From a virus (Duplodnaviria > Caudoviricetes), in the IMG/VR virus record IMGVR_UViG_3300030372_003721, positions 1 to 28,362 of that record: a DNA stretch of 28,362 nt, one strand, 5' to 3'. Of this stretch, positions 14,382-23,431 are shown piece by piece (position 1 is the stretch's first letter; each line of letters opens with the position of its first letter). A program made the position numbers and the translations under genes. Below the pieces are notes generated by a model that was not told where the DNA came from, made no database searches, and saw only the letters and a list, made by a program, of their open reading frames with translations.

Positions 14382-16834
14382 TATAATCTACCCCCGACAC
14401 GTCCACGCCTTCCCCGGCGCGTTGCTGTGTTCAGTGCGTTTTTCAAAGGTCCGCCTTTCGCGAGGTTATCAATAACCACTTGATCAAAGACCTTTTGCTT
14501 GTATGTCATTTGAATAACTGTTGTCCCTCCGGGCATCCCGCCATCGTTCAGGGAGTTGGCAGCGTCCGGTCCGCCAAGCTGGGCCACAGCGTCACGGCTC
14601 AAAACAACCTCGCCGCCTTGCGCTGTAATCGGCTGATCTCCATCGCCGCCGACAATGCCGCCACTGTGGAACTTGGGGTTTTGGTTTTGGATCGTCGCAA
14701 TCTGGGCTGCCGTGGTTGCTGCTATAGCTGTAGCCAGAAATGCACCGGCAACAGGGCCAAGACCAACAGGAGGGGGAGCAATTGCAGCCACAACGGCGCC
14801 TGCACCCGACACTAAAGCATTGGCGACTTCGAGCTGCTTTCGCTTCTTGAAAGATGCTTCAAGCGCTTGCCTGCGCTTCATCTCAAATTCTCGCTCAATC
14901 TTTTCGGCTTCTTCTGATCCTTTTTCGACCTTTGAAAGCGCCGCCTCTTGTTCTGCGTCGAGTTTAGAAGTCACAGCGTCAATGTTTGCATTGATCATAT
15001 CTAAGAAGGCGCCAGAAAACTGGCCCACATTGTTGATTGCTTGCTGTGCTTGTTCGTTGCGCAAAAGAGCAAGCTCATCATTCATGCGCTCCTCTGCCAT
15101 AATCCTTTGATCGTCAAATTCTTGCTGCGTAATCATTTGACGCGAAAGCGCCTCTTTTAGATCGGCCTCTCTCTGCTTGAACTCGTCTTGAATTTGTTCG
15201 GAGCGTGTTTTTTCTTTCTCAAAGACAAAATCAGCGGCTTCTTCTTCTGAAGCTTTCAAAGATTCATTGTAAGCTTCAACGGCTTCAATGCGGTCTTTTC
15301 TTGCTTTATTAATAAGCTTTGCGGCTTCTTCTTCTGTTGCCCCTGAAGTTTTAACAAGTTCATTGATTTCTTTGACTGCATTCCTGTAGCGCTCTTGGAT
15401 AAGAGCAATCTCTCCATCAGCTTCTGCAAGCATCATTCGCAGCTTGTCTTGAGCATCAATAAGAGCGTTGTTTGCGTCAGCTCTTTCTTTTGTGGCTGCG
15501 GCTGCTTTTTCCGCAGCGTCTGCTTCTTTTTCAGCCTGTTCGGCTGCTTGGGCTGTTGAAATAGCTTGGAGCAATTGAGCTTCAGCGCTATCTCTCAACG
15601 CACCGTCTAAGTTTTCAAGCTGATCGGTCGCCTCGATCATTACATCAACTTCGCCAGATCGAATTGCGTTTGAGATTAGTATTTGTGCTTGGTCTCGTTT
15701 GACGGCGTTATCAAATTGATCAATCGCCCTTTCTCCGGCTTCCATCGCGTGCCGGATCCTGCGTGTAGATTCAACCAGCTCTTCGTGATTTACCCGCAAA
15801 GAGCCAGCAGATTGACCTGTTCGGTCAAAGCTTCCAGCTTCACCCCTCGCCGCTCTTCCGGCCGCTTCTAAAGCCTCCTCAGCCTCCACAAAAGCAATGT
15901 TTGCGCTGCCTCCCGCCGTGTTCATAGCGTTCAGGGCTGTCGTATTTAGATTGAAGGCTTGCCTAAGCGTGTTCGTGCGCTGTCTAACCGCCTGCATGCG
16001 ATCGGCTTGATGGGAAAGCCCCTGCACGGCCTCCTCTCTCGAATCTCTTAGACGCGCTTCTTGTGCTGAAAGCGTGCCGAGCGTAACGCGAACGGATCGC
16101 ATTCTCGCAGCGTAAGCTTTGGCGGCCTGGATGCCTGCCATCATTTCTTCGTGCTGCTTTTCTAAGGCCTTCTCTGCATCTTTAGCCTTAGAAGACATCT
16201 TGCTATGGGCAAAGGCAATAGCGCCAATGGCAAGCGCAACAGGGCCGCCGATTCTAATCAAAGAACCGAGCGACCCGCCGAACAATGCAGTGGCCCTTGA
16301 TGCCGCTTCCATACCTCCAGAGGCGTCACCAATGACACGCATTAGGCTCGCCATTTCTGGGGAAAGATGATCCGCAGCCGCAGCCATGCCAGCAATAGCA
16401 CTATCGGCCTCGCCTGTGGTGTCCCGAAACCGGCTTAGGCCCTCGATGTCGCTATCATCGGGAAGCGAATCAGCGATAGGCTTGCTTGGCGGCTGCACAG
16501 ATGGCAAGTCTTCGATTTCTTGCCCAAGGCCCTCAAGTTGATCGCCAGCCTGTTGCGCCTCAGTTTGCAATCCACCAAGGCGTTTCTTCATGTCTTCTAC
16601 AAAAGCGGCTGACTCTTGGCCTTTTTTTCCAAGCTTCTCAAAACCATCGCCTAAGTCTTCAGCGTCTTCTTTTGTGTCAGAAAGTTCCTTTCCGGTTTTC
16701 TTGACTTGTTTCTCTGTTTCCTCAAGCTTTTCAGCCATATCGGAAGCAGCTTCGCCCGCTTTCTTGAATCCATCAACGGCCTCACTGGCATCGACGACAA
16801 CGTCGATTTCTACTGATCCCTTGTCATCTGCCAT
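14381..16834 (-). CDS. Tail tape measure protein
   Basis: 817 aa, A/E/K-rich helical, two hydrophobic segments, C-terminal KFHSGGIV..GEVVLSRDAV motif; follows the chaperone genes. Confidence 0.92.
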   Translation of the reverse strand: MADDKGSVEIDVVVDASEAVDGFKKAGEAASDMAEKLEETEKQVKKTGKELSDTKEDAEDLGDGFEKLGKKGQESAAFVEDMKKRLGGLQTEAQQAGDQLEGLGQEIEDLPSVQPPSKPIADSLPDDSDIEGLSRFRDTTGEADSAIAGMAAAADHLSPEMASLMRVIGDASGGMEAASRATALFGGSLGSLIRIGGPVALAIGAIAFAHSKMSSKAKDAEKALEKQHEEMMAGIQAAKAYAARMRSVRVTLGTLSAQEARLRDSREEAVQGLSHQADRMQAVRQRTNTLRQAFNLNTTALNAMNTAGGSANIAFVEAEEALEAAGRAARGEAGSFDRTGQSAGSLRVNHEELVESTRRIRHAMEAGERAIDQFDNAVKRDQAQILISNAIRSGEVDVMIEATDQLENLDGALRDSAEAQLLQAISTAQAAEQAEKEADAAEKAAAATKERADANNALIDAQDKLRMMLAEADGEIALIQERYRNAVKEINELVKTSGATEEEAAKLINKARKDRIEAVEAYNESLKASEEEAADFVFEKEKTRSEQIQDEFKQREADLKEALSRQMITQQEFDDQRIMAEERMNDELALLRNEQAQQAINNVGQFSGAFLDMINANIDAVTSKLDAEQEAALSKVEKGSEEAEKIEREFEMKRRQALEASFKKRKQLEVANALVSGAGAVVAAIAPPPVGLGPVAGAFLATAIAATTAAQIATIQNQNPKFHSGGIVGGDGDQPITAQGGEVVLSRDAVAQLGGPDAANSLNDGGMPGGTTVIQMTYKQKVFDQVVIDNLAKGGPLKNALNTATRRGRRGRVGGRL

Positions 16835-17057
16835 TGATTCTATCCCTGTTCTGGTATTCCTGAATCCGCTGTCGGATAAGTGTGGCCTTGTCCACGCCTT
16901 GAAGCTTTTTCAGATCCTTGCTGCTCATGTGTTCAACATTATACGCCGCGATCAAATCTGACTGGGTTTCTGCATCCAAGCCTTTGAACCATCCAGGGGT
17001 TTTTCCCCAGTATCGCTCAATCTTCAGAATCAGTAGATCGACCGTCCCCCTCTTCAC
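16824..17057 (-). CDS. Tail assembly chaperone extension (gpT-like), probably reached by frameshift
   Basis: Overlaps the chaperone 3' end in +1 phase; YWGKTPGWFKGLD motif; directly upstream of the tape measure. Confidence 0.7.
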   Translation of the reverse strand: MKRGTVDLLILKIERYWGKTPGWFKGLDAETQSDLIAAYNVEHMSSKDLKKLQGVDKATLIRQRIQEYQNRDRINGR

Positions 17058-17415
17058 GAAAAAAGGCCTCTTTGGCCTTGATCTCCTTCATGCTCGGAAG
17101 CTCATTATAAAGCGGAACAAAGTGCGGAGAAGTTTCCCGCATGATGGTCTCAGGCGAACAACCCCGAGCCAGCAAAAACTCCAAGCATTCCGTACCGTAT
17201 GCAATGACATCGCCCCTGGCTAAGTCATAAACCGGGAAGCCCTTTTCGTTTTCTTCGGACCAGCAAATGCCCACAAACGCCGCGCAAATCCTTGCCAACA
17301 TCTTGGGGTCTTTCCCTCTGCCAGCGGCAATAGAAAGATCATAGATGGCGGTAAGGGAGCGCGGGGTTGCGAGCTTTACCTTTCCAAAATCATCAAGTTC
17401 AACCTGTAAATCCAT
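17017..17415 (-). CDS. Tail assembly chaperone (gpG-like)
   Basis: Between tail tube and tape measure; AAGGAGG RBS; TTT TTT CGT site near the 3' end. Confidence 0.75.
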   Translation of the reverse strand: MDLQVELDDFGKVKLATPRSLTAIYDLSIAAGRGKDPKMLARICAAFVGICWSEENEKGFPVYDLARGDVIAYGTECLEFLLARGCSPETIMRETSPHFVPLYNELPSMKEIKAKEAFFREEGDGRSTDSED

Positions 17416-17439
17416 TCAATCCTCCTTTTGGATCTAACA

Positions 17440-17937
17440 TTACGAGTTGGACAATGTAACGCCGCCGTAAACCTCTCCAGATACATTCAACACATCGGGG
17501 TCACCCTCGGAAAAGTCTGCTGTGAGCAGCACTTTCGCGAAAGAGGCCTTGTTGTCATTGTCGCCCAAAGCTGTTGCTTCGATTTCCATCTCAACAGTGC
17601 AAAGGAACTGTTCAAAGCCAGCGCCGCCCGTGCTTGTGAGGCCGGAACCTGCTTGTGTTCCATTGATGAAATCCAAGAGACAGCCGCTTGCGCCGTTGTT
17701 CGCGAACTCCATGAAATGGACGGAAAACGAGATAGAACCTACTTGATCGTCGCCTTGCCTCAAGCCGACAATGGTGCCACGATCTCGGATGACGATGCGG
17801 TCAGCGTCGGCGCCCAAGAGGTCTGCAGTAAAGTTACCATCTTCGTAGGCAACAGTAAGGGTAACGGGCGAGCCCGCTCCATCGATCAGTTTGATGGTGC
17901 CATCACGTCGCACCTTGGGGGTAGCAGCCAAAGCCAT
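17440..17937 (-). CDS. Major tail tube protein
   Basis: 165 aa, acidic, G/T/S-rich beta-type; AGGAG RBS; canonical position. Confidence 0.8.
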   Translation of the reverse strand: MALAATPKVRRDGTIKLIDGAGSPVTLTVAYEDGNFTADLLGADADRIVIRDRGTIVGLRQGDDQVGSISFSVHFMEFANNGASGCLLDFINGTQAGSGLTSTGGAGFEQFLCTVEMEIEATALGDNDNKASFAKVLLTADFSEGDPDVLNVSGEVYGGVTLSNS

Positions 17938-17946
17938 GTTGTTCTC

Positions 17947-18534
17947 CTAAGTGATTACTAAGTAATCGGTTTCTGAGGCTTTATTAGCCTCGATTTCAAG
18001 TTTGGTTCGAGATTTGCCCATGTTGTCGATTATCGCATCGCGCAAGGCTGAAGTAACCCCTGGTAGCCAGTCTTTTTTGAGCATTGCTCGCATAACCACC
18101 CATTCCCTGTTCTTTACCGAGCCCTTTGTTACCTTCTTACCGGCTCGATGAACATAAGCAGCATATTTTTTTCCAACCTGCTTTTTCGAATACTGGACTT
18201 TCGTGGCTTTGTCGCCCTTGCCCCTCGTAAAGCCTTCGGATGGAGGATTGGGCACTACTGCATCGTTGAATATGGTGATGCCGACTTGAGCGCCTTCTTT
18301 GTCTTGTACAAGCTCGCGAACAGCCCATCCATCCCGCGATGTGCCTGGGACGCCCAGATACTTTCGTGGCTTTTTGTATTGAGTGCCATATTTCCATCCG
18401 ACCCATTTCTCACGAATCAACTCGACCGCTTTCTTGCCCTCCGATTCTAAAACTTCACGCTCTGACTTAAGAAGCGCACTCTTCGCATCAAAGGGTATGT
18501 CTAACTTCATTCGCAAAGCCGTCTTACGCGACAT
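17947..18534 (-). CDS. Basic HK97 gp10-like head-tail/neck protein (divergent)
   Basis: GTSRDGW...IFND...YAAYVH pattern parallels the neighbouring gene; AGGAGG RBS. Confidence 0.55.
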   Translation of the reverse strand: MSRKTALRMKLDIPFDAKSALLKSEREVLESEGKKAVELIREKWVGWKYGTQYKKPRKYLGVPGTSRDGWAVRELVQDKEGAQVGITIFNDAVVPNPPSEGFTRGKGDKATKVQYSKKQVGKKYAAYVHRAGKKVTKGSVKNREWVVMRAMLKKDWLPGVTSALRDAIIDNMGKSRTKLEIEANKASETDYLVIT

Positions 18535-18536
18535 CT

Positions 18537-19025
18537 TTACCTCCTATGAAACAGCTCGATCATGCGAACACGTTTCTGGGCTGGGGTAAGGGGTTCAACG
18601 GGCTCCGATTGCTTTTGTGCGAGGGCAAACTGTTCTTCTGTCTTGTCGATGGCTTCTTTTAGCTCTCGAAACGTAATGGGCTTTGCAGCCCTCCAAACAC
18701 GGGGCACAAGACTCCGCCACCATGCCGCGCCTTCTCCAGCCTCGGCAACTGTTGGGGTGCCCTTACGGGTCACCCAGGAAGAGTAATACATCGAGTTAGT
18801 AATGATGATTTCAATTCCAGGTCCGGGCTTAGTGTAACCAGACCAAGCTGCTCGGCTTGTTCCTGTTCGAACGGGCCAGTTTAGCTTGATGACATCAACA
18901 ATTTCAAACACCCACTTTCTGAGAACATCGCTTTCCTGAAGAGTCAGTCCACGGGGCGAACCATGCTTTTCCTTGATGTACGCATCAATCTCTTCAAGCT
19001 TGATCGTGGCGTTGATCCGGCTCAT
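18537..19025 (-). CDS. HK97 gp10-like tail completion protein
   Basis: WPVRTGTSRAAW...NSMYYSSWV, matching the PVxTGxLRxS...NxxxYAxxV pattern. Confidence 0.7.
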   Translation of the reverse strand: MSRINATIKLEEIDAYIKEKHGSPRGLTLQESDVLRKWVFEIVDVIKLNWPVRTGTSRAAWSGYTKPGPGIEIIITNSMYYSSWVTRKGTPTVAEAGEGAAWWRSLVPRVWRAAKPITFRELKEAIDKTEEQFALAQKQSEPVEPLTPAQKRVRMIELFHRR

Positions 19026-19462
19026 CAGATCACCAAAGAAAGGTTGTAAGTCACACTAAGGGTAAATCGAGTAACGAAAAAAGAGCCGCCACCCTCATAG
19101 CTTTGGCTTGCGCCGCCGATGATTATGGCGCCTTCCCCACTCAACGTCGAGCCAATCACTGAAAGATGCTTCAAGACCGTATGCAAATCAGAAAGGGCTT
19201 GGCTTGGTGCCTCTTGGCCGTCGCCTGGTTTGATTTGGTGGCACAGCTCAATCTCAAAATTTTGCGTTACCCGCAGGCCAGCCACATCGGGGCGACCTCT
19301 CCCTGGTGAGGAGGATGGCCCAAGCGATTGAGGCTTGACCGAAAAAGAGCGAGAAATGCGTTGAGAACTGGCCCTATCGGCTCCAAGGGGTGAGCGCACC
19401 TGTGTTAGCCCCGCCGCCGTTAGACGGGCAATCACAGCCGTTAGTGCGCTACTTGGAGTCAA
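19025..19462 (-). CDS. Putative tail terminator/head-tail joining protein
   Basis: 145 aa, N-terminal helix ALTAVIARL, C-terminal beta strand FTLSVTY; position; start codon TTG uncertain. Confidence 0.55.
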   Translation of the reverse strand: MTPSSALTAVIARLTAAGLTQVRSPLGADRASSQRISRSFSVKPQSLGPSSSPGRGRPDVAGLRVTQNFEIELCHQIKPGDGQEAPSQALSDLHTVLKHLSVIGSTLSGEGAIIIGGASQSYEGGGSFFVTRFTLSVTYNLSLVI

Positions 19463-20214
19463 CTATCCCGCCCCGCATTCTTGAAGCGACGGGCACTTGA
19501 AGAAAGCATAATAATAGAAGATCCTGTTGCCATTTCATTCTTCAGGATGTTGTCCTCATCCTGATCGATCTGGCTTCTAAGCTGCGTGTAGTCCTTTTCG
19601 TACATCTCCATATACTTCTGTGCATATTCGCGATAACGATCATCGCCTGCCAAGAGTGTGGAGTAATCCCAGAACAGGATTTCAAACGCATGGGCCATAA
19701 GCACGCCACGCAATGCGCTCGGTGTACGCCATTTCCAAAAGGGCACGCCATCTGTGTAGAGGCGAACGGTAATATCTCGCCAAGCCTGATCGATGTATTG
19801 CTGAAGAGACGACACGGCAGCGCCTAAAAGGTTCGCTGCTTCGCTGTGGCGTTCCACTAAATCGGTTTGACCAATAGGCGGATACAAGCGAGCAGCACAA
19901 AGAACCGCGTCATTGTAGAAAGTGAAGGTTGCGCCACTAATGACCAGATCAACCTGGATCAAGTACCGAGGCCCAAGCGTTTCATCGCTTGTGGTGGCCG
20001 CTGCAATGGTGGCGGAGGTGTAGGTTCCGCTTGAAATGGTTCCCGCAACCGCATCGACAAGCTTCTCCCCACCCGGCTTGTAGATCGTTGTGGTTCCGCT
20101 CGTAATGGTGGTGGCAGCGCCCGACCTCTCAATCGAAACAGAGAAGGTTTGATCCTTGCCCTGCTCGATGAGAGTCGGTCCAGCCCAGCGAGCACTATAG
20201 AGTGTTTCGCTCAT
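19459..20214 (-). CDS. Putative head-tail adaptor with N-terminal beta-sandwich extension
   Basis: T/S-rich N-terminal half, then a helical half (TDLVERH..YIDQAWRDI..YEKDY) typical of adaptors. Confidence 0.6.
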   Translation of the reverse strand: MSETLYSARWAGPTLIEQGKDQTFSVSIERSGAATTITSGTTTIYKPGGEKLVDAVAGTISSGTYTSATIAAATTSDETLGPRYLIQVDLVISGATFTFYNDAVLCAARLYPPIGQTDLVERHSEAANLLGAAVSSLQQYIDQAWRDITVRLYTDGVPFWKWRTPSALRGVLMAHAFEILFWDYSTLLAGDDRYREYAQKYMEMYEKDYTQLRSQIDQDEDNILKNEMATGSSIIMLSSSARRFKNAGRDS

Positions 20215-20223
20215 TGTTCAGCC

Positions 20224-20589
20224 TTATCCCAATGCAATGGTGAGCAACGCCATTAGCTTCCAGCCACTTGCACTATCATCAGCAGCATCAGCGTCGGCGT
20301 AGAAGATCCCGCTTTCGTTCTGATTGATGGTAGCTAAAGCAGTCGAGCCATCAGCTTGCTTTACACTAAGATTCTTTGCGGTAGACGTATGATTGAAGAT
20401 CCAAATCCACGCGCCCTTTCGCGGAGCTGCGAGAATCACGTCTCGACCGGCAGCGCCACAATCCAAAGCCAACATTTGAGCATCGGAGTGGGTGAGGGTT
20501 TTGTTGGCTGCAAGCGTTTCCTTCTCCCAGCCGCCTGGGTTCCACGTTTGTCGCAGAATCTTGAATGGGTTTTTCCCGTCAAATGACAT
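20224..20589 (-). CDS. Putative head decoration/fibre protein
   Basis: 121 aa beta-type; GAGG RBS; between capsid and adaptor. Confidence 0.55.
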   Translation of the reverse strand: MSFDGKNPFKILRQTWNPGGWEKETLAANKTLTHSDAQMLALDCGAAGRDVILAAPRKGAWIWIFNHTSTAKNLSVKQADGSTALATINQNESGIFYADADAADDSASGWKLMALLTIALG

Positions 20590-20615
20590 TTCAACCTCTT
20601 GATTTTATTAGAGTT

Positions 20616-20759
20616 TTATTTGCGCTCTTCGCGCTTTTCATTTTTGATCGCCTGATTGCGAACAATCTTTTTTGCGTATTCTGGATTCTGCCCTGACTTT
20701 ACCATTTGGCTAATCATGCGATCCATAGATTCGCGTACACCTTGTTTTTCGCCGCTCAT
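20616..20759 (-). CDS. 47-aa hypothetical protein (not in ORF track)
   Basis: ATGA overlap with the upstream stop; MSGEKQGVRESMDRMISQMVKSGQNPEYAKKIVRNQAIKNEKREERK fills the gap. Confidence 0.7.
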   Translation of the reverse strand: MSGEKQGVRESMDRMISQMVKSGQNPEYAKKIVRNQAIKNEKREERK

Positions 20760-20965
20760 TTCTTTGCCTTGGCTGGAGCCTTCTTTTTGGCTGGAGCCTT
20801 GTACCCAAGAGCTTTAGCCAGCGCATTGGCATTGGCAGCGCACTCTTTGACAAGGGCTCTTTGGCTCATTTGATCACGCTCGATTGAAGCCAAGCGCAGC
20901 TTTTCAGCCAAAGCGCGGCCTGCCTTGCGTGCATCAATCAGCTTGTCTTTCATTTTGGCGCTCAT
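20756..20965 (-). CDS. Small basic protein with H1-like KAPAKKKAPAKAKK tail
   Basis: ATGA-coupled at both ends; A/K-rich. Confidence 0.75.
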   Translation of the reverse strand: MSAKMKDKLIDARKAGRALAEKLRLASIERDQMSQRALVKECAANANALAKALGYKAPAKKKAPAKAKK

Positions 20966-21648
20966 TCGACACCCCTTGAAGGCTCAATAGCCTTGTTTTT
21001 CTTGGCAGAGGCAAAGTTTGGCGCCTCCGACTTTTCCCAACATTCATCCATCGCAATGATGCGCTCTTCGCATTCATCAACTTTTACTTTCAAGTGAGGG
21101 TTGCGGTCCAAGCGGCCATAAAGATTGTCGAGCTTTGCCCGTTCAGCCTCGGCCATTTGCATGTAAACCTCTTTCAAAATGGGCTTTACAATGCCGCAAT
21201 CTAAAACATGCTTTGCGAAATCTCGCATTGGTTCTTCAAGCTCGGAGTCGTTCCAAACGATTTGGTCGTTCGGAAGCACAACCGCCTTCTGGCAAAAATC
21301 AACGTACCACTTGCCACCCGTTCGGGTCTTGTAGAAGTGGACATAATCCTTATACTCGCCAAGCCTTACGTCTTTAGGCTGAACAACGGTTCCGCCTTTC
21401 CGCTCAACGTGGGCAAGGGTGACGGTCATGTCCCCGTTGCGGTCCACGCCATTCACACCTGGCTTGGCGTAAATCTTTGAAAGCCGAGGAATGAAGCCAC
21501 GCTTCAGATCAAAGATCCAAGCCTGGGGATAATGGATGTACACAAACTTCAGGCCAGGACGGTTTTTTGCTGAAACCGGCAAGCCTTCACGTTTCTGAAC
21601 AACCTCGACTTCGCGTTGGGGTTGATTTAGTTCGATATTTTCGCGCAT
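20962..21648 (-). CDS. Hypothetical protein (228 aa) in the head module
   Basis: GGGAGG RBS; long ORF after the capsid terminator. Confidence 0.8.
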   Translation of the reverse strand: MRENIELNQPQREVEVVQKREGLPVSAKNRPGLKFVYIHYPQAWIFDLKRGFIPRLSKIYAKPGVNGVDRNGDMTVTLAHVERKGGTVVQPKDVRLGEYKDYVHFYKTRTGGKWYVDFCQKAVVLPNDQIVWNDSELEEPMRDFAKHVLDCGIVKPILKEVYMQMAEAERAKLDNLYGRLDRNPHLKVKVDECEERIIAMDECWEKSEAPNFASAKKNKAIEPSRGVE

Positions 21649-21662
21649 GTTTTCCTCCCTTG

Positions 21663-21711
21663 AAAAGATAAGGCCGGAAGGGCTGAACGTACAACCCCCC
21701 CGGCTTTATCT
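21663..21711 (-). terminator. Intrinsic terminator after the major capsid gene
   Basis: AGATAAAGCCGGGGGG...CCCTTCCGGCCTTATCT followed by a T-run on the minus strand. Confidence 0.7.
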
Positions 21712-21718
21712 ATTCTAA

Positions 21719-22627
21719 TTATGCGTCGGTCGAAATCAGGACGCCGCGACCGTCTTCACGCTCTGCGACTCCTGGGTACATGTGGGCGACGGCAGCGCTT
21801 TGACCGCCATATCCATCACGAACCAACTCGACAAGAAGCTCGCCAGCGTCCACCAAGATGCTGCTCTGTGGCACATGGCCCTGGAGGAGCGAAACGGGTG
21901 CCATGGTGTAAGCAAAGCAACCGTCAGCGAACATAGCGCCCTCACGGTTGCCGCTGTTGGTCACAACGCTATCGCTTTGGTAGAACTGGATGCCGTTCCA
22001 AGTGCCTTGGAAGCCAGGGCCCTTAGTTGCAAGCATATCCGCGCTTGCAGCTTCGAACTGGATCGCCCCGGTCTCTGCTCGCAGGCTTGACCGGAAATCG
22101 TTCATCTGGACAGGAGCCAAAACGCAGGTATAAGGCCCGGTATTGGCGGCAAGGTTCAGCTTGAACTGAGCGTCATAGATGTCATCCACCGAAAGGTTGA
22201 CGCCACTGGTTCCCGATGAGGTTCCGAGGCTTCCAAACAGCGCACAAATCAGATCGGTCATGGTCAAGGAAACGCCAGCCGTAAGATTTTGGACGATGCG
22301 ATCCAAGTCGATGGGGCTTCCAGAGATGCCAACCAAATCGGTCAACTCATACGCGCGGGCGTACTTGCTAACGGAAAGAGTAAACTCGCTGGTGGTGTAT
22401 GCGGTATTCGCAACAGAAGAACCTTCAGCAGTCGAGGCAAATGCTCCAGGGATTGCATCCTTGGTAATTGCCATCTGGGTCGAGCCGATGGTGTTGTAAT
22501 CCATGCGCTGGCAAACAGAACGCAGATCAGTAGGATCAAAAAGTTGCTCCACAACCATAGCAGAGAGAACTTCGGAAACAGCTCCGCCGTTGGATACAAG
22601 ATCGGAATAAGTAATTTCATTAGCCAT
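21719..22627 (-). CDS. Major capsid protein
   Basis: 302 aa after the scaffold; ASTAEG, YELTDL, CVLAPVQMNDFR and GTWNGIQFYQS motifs typical of HK97-fold capsids; own promoter and terminator. Confidence 0.88.
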   Translation of the reverse strand: MANEITYSDLVSNGGAVSEVLSAMVVEQLFDPTDLRSVCQRMDYNTIGSTQMAITKDAIPGAFASTAEGSSVANTAYTTSEFTLSVSKYARAYELTDLVGISGSPIDLDRIVQNLTAGVSLTMTDLICALFGSLGTSSGTSGVNLSVDDIYDAQFKLNLAANTGPYTCVLAPVQMNDFRSSLRAETGAIQFEAASADMLATKGPGFQGTWNGIQFYQSDSVVTNSGNREGAMFADGCFAYTMAPVSLLQGHVPQSSILVDAGELLVELVRDGYGGQSAAVAHMYPGVAEREDGRGVLISTDA

Positions 22628-22718
22628 TGAAAGGGCTCCAATAAGAATTTGATTTGTTTATTTACTATCAAGCCTTACGGAACTTTCGCATCCGGTCGCG
22701 TGGGTCGGCTCTAAAACT

Positions 22719-22748
22719 GTTCTACTGGCGTAACAGATGACTTGTCAA
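22719..22748 (-). promoter_or_regulatory. Sigma70-like promoter upstream of the capsid gene
   Basis: TTGACA-N18-TAGAAC on the minus strand. Confidence 0.5.
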
Positions 22749-22749
22749 G

Positions 22750-23427
22750 TTACTTGATCATTCCCTTGCTTCGCCATTCTGCAAGGATTTGCTGAAGTTC
22801 CGAGTTTGGAAGTTTGCCACGGCTGGATCCTTGCGGCTTGTTTTTGGCTCGCAACTTTCGGATTTCCTCCGCGGTCCATTCTTTGTTCTTATGTTCGCGG
22901 GGTTGCGATGCCCCTGCGTCGGGGTTGCCCGTCAATGCTGCCCTCAAACGGTCAAGCAACTGATCATCGGCTCCCATATCCGCAACAGGCTGCGTTTCAG
23001 GAATGCCTTGCTCTGCGGTTGCAGTGCTTTGATTTAGGCGATTGAAGTGAACCGAGTACAGTGGATCGTCTTGATTGGCAGAAAGCCAAGCCTCAAACGT
23101 AGGGCGATTATCGAATGGCAGCTCGCTCACTGCATCATTGTATTCGCGTCGAAAGAAGCGGCGAACGCTTGGTGCTTTGAAGCCCTGTTCCACCAGATAC
23201 ATTTCCTGTTGATGCTGCGAGCGCATACCCTGAAGTTCTTTTTGGGCAGCCGCATGTTCAGCCCGCAGCGATTCCAACTGCTTGGAGAGCTGATCGCGTG
23301 AACGCGAAGCTTCTTCGCGCTTTGTGCGCTCTTCGGTCAAACGAAACTGTGGAACTGCTGACTCAGCCACCACGTTGTGCTGCGTTACCCCGTTCGATGC
23401 AGGGGCCTCTTTCGTTTCTTCACTCAT
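22750..23427 (-). CDS. Capsid scaffolding protein
   Basis: VPQFRL then coiled coil; C-terminal WTAEEIRKL...ILAEWRSKGMIK; between portal and capsid; AGGAGG RBS. Confidence 0.78.
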   Translation of the reverse strand: MSEETKEAPASNGVTQHNVVAESAVPQFRLTEERTKREEASRSRDQLSKQLESLRAEHAAAQKELQGMRSQHQQEMYLVEQGFKAPSVRRFFRREYNDAVSELPFDNRPTFEAWLSANQDDPLYSVHFNRLNQSTATAEQGIPETQPVADMGADDQLLDRLRAALTGNPDAGASQPREHKNKEWTAEEIRKLRAKNKPQGSSRGKLPNSELQQILAEWRSKGMIK

Positions 23428-23431
23428 CTAA

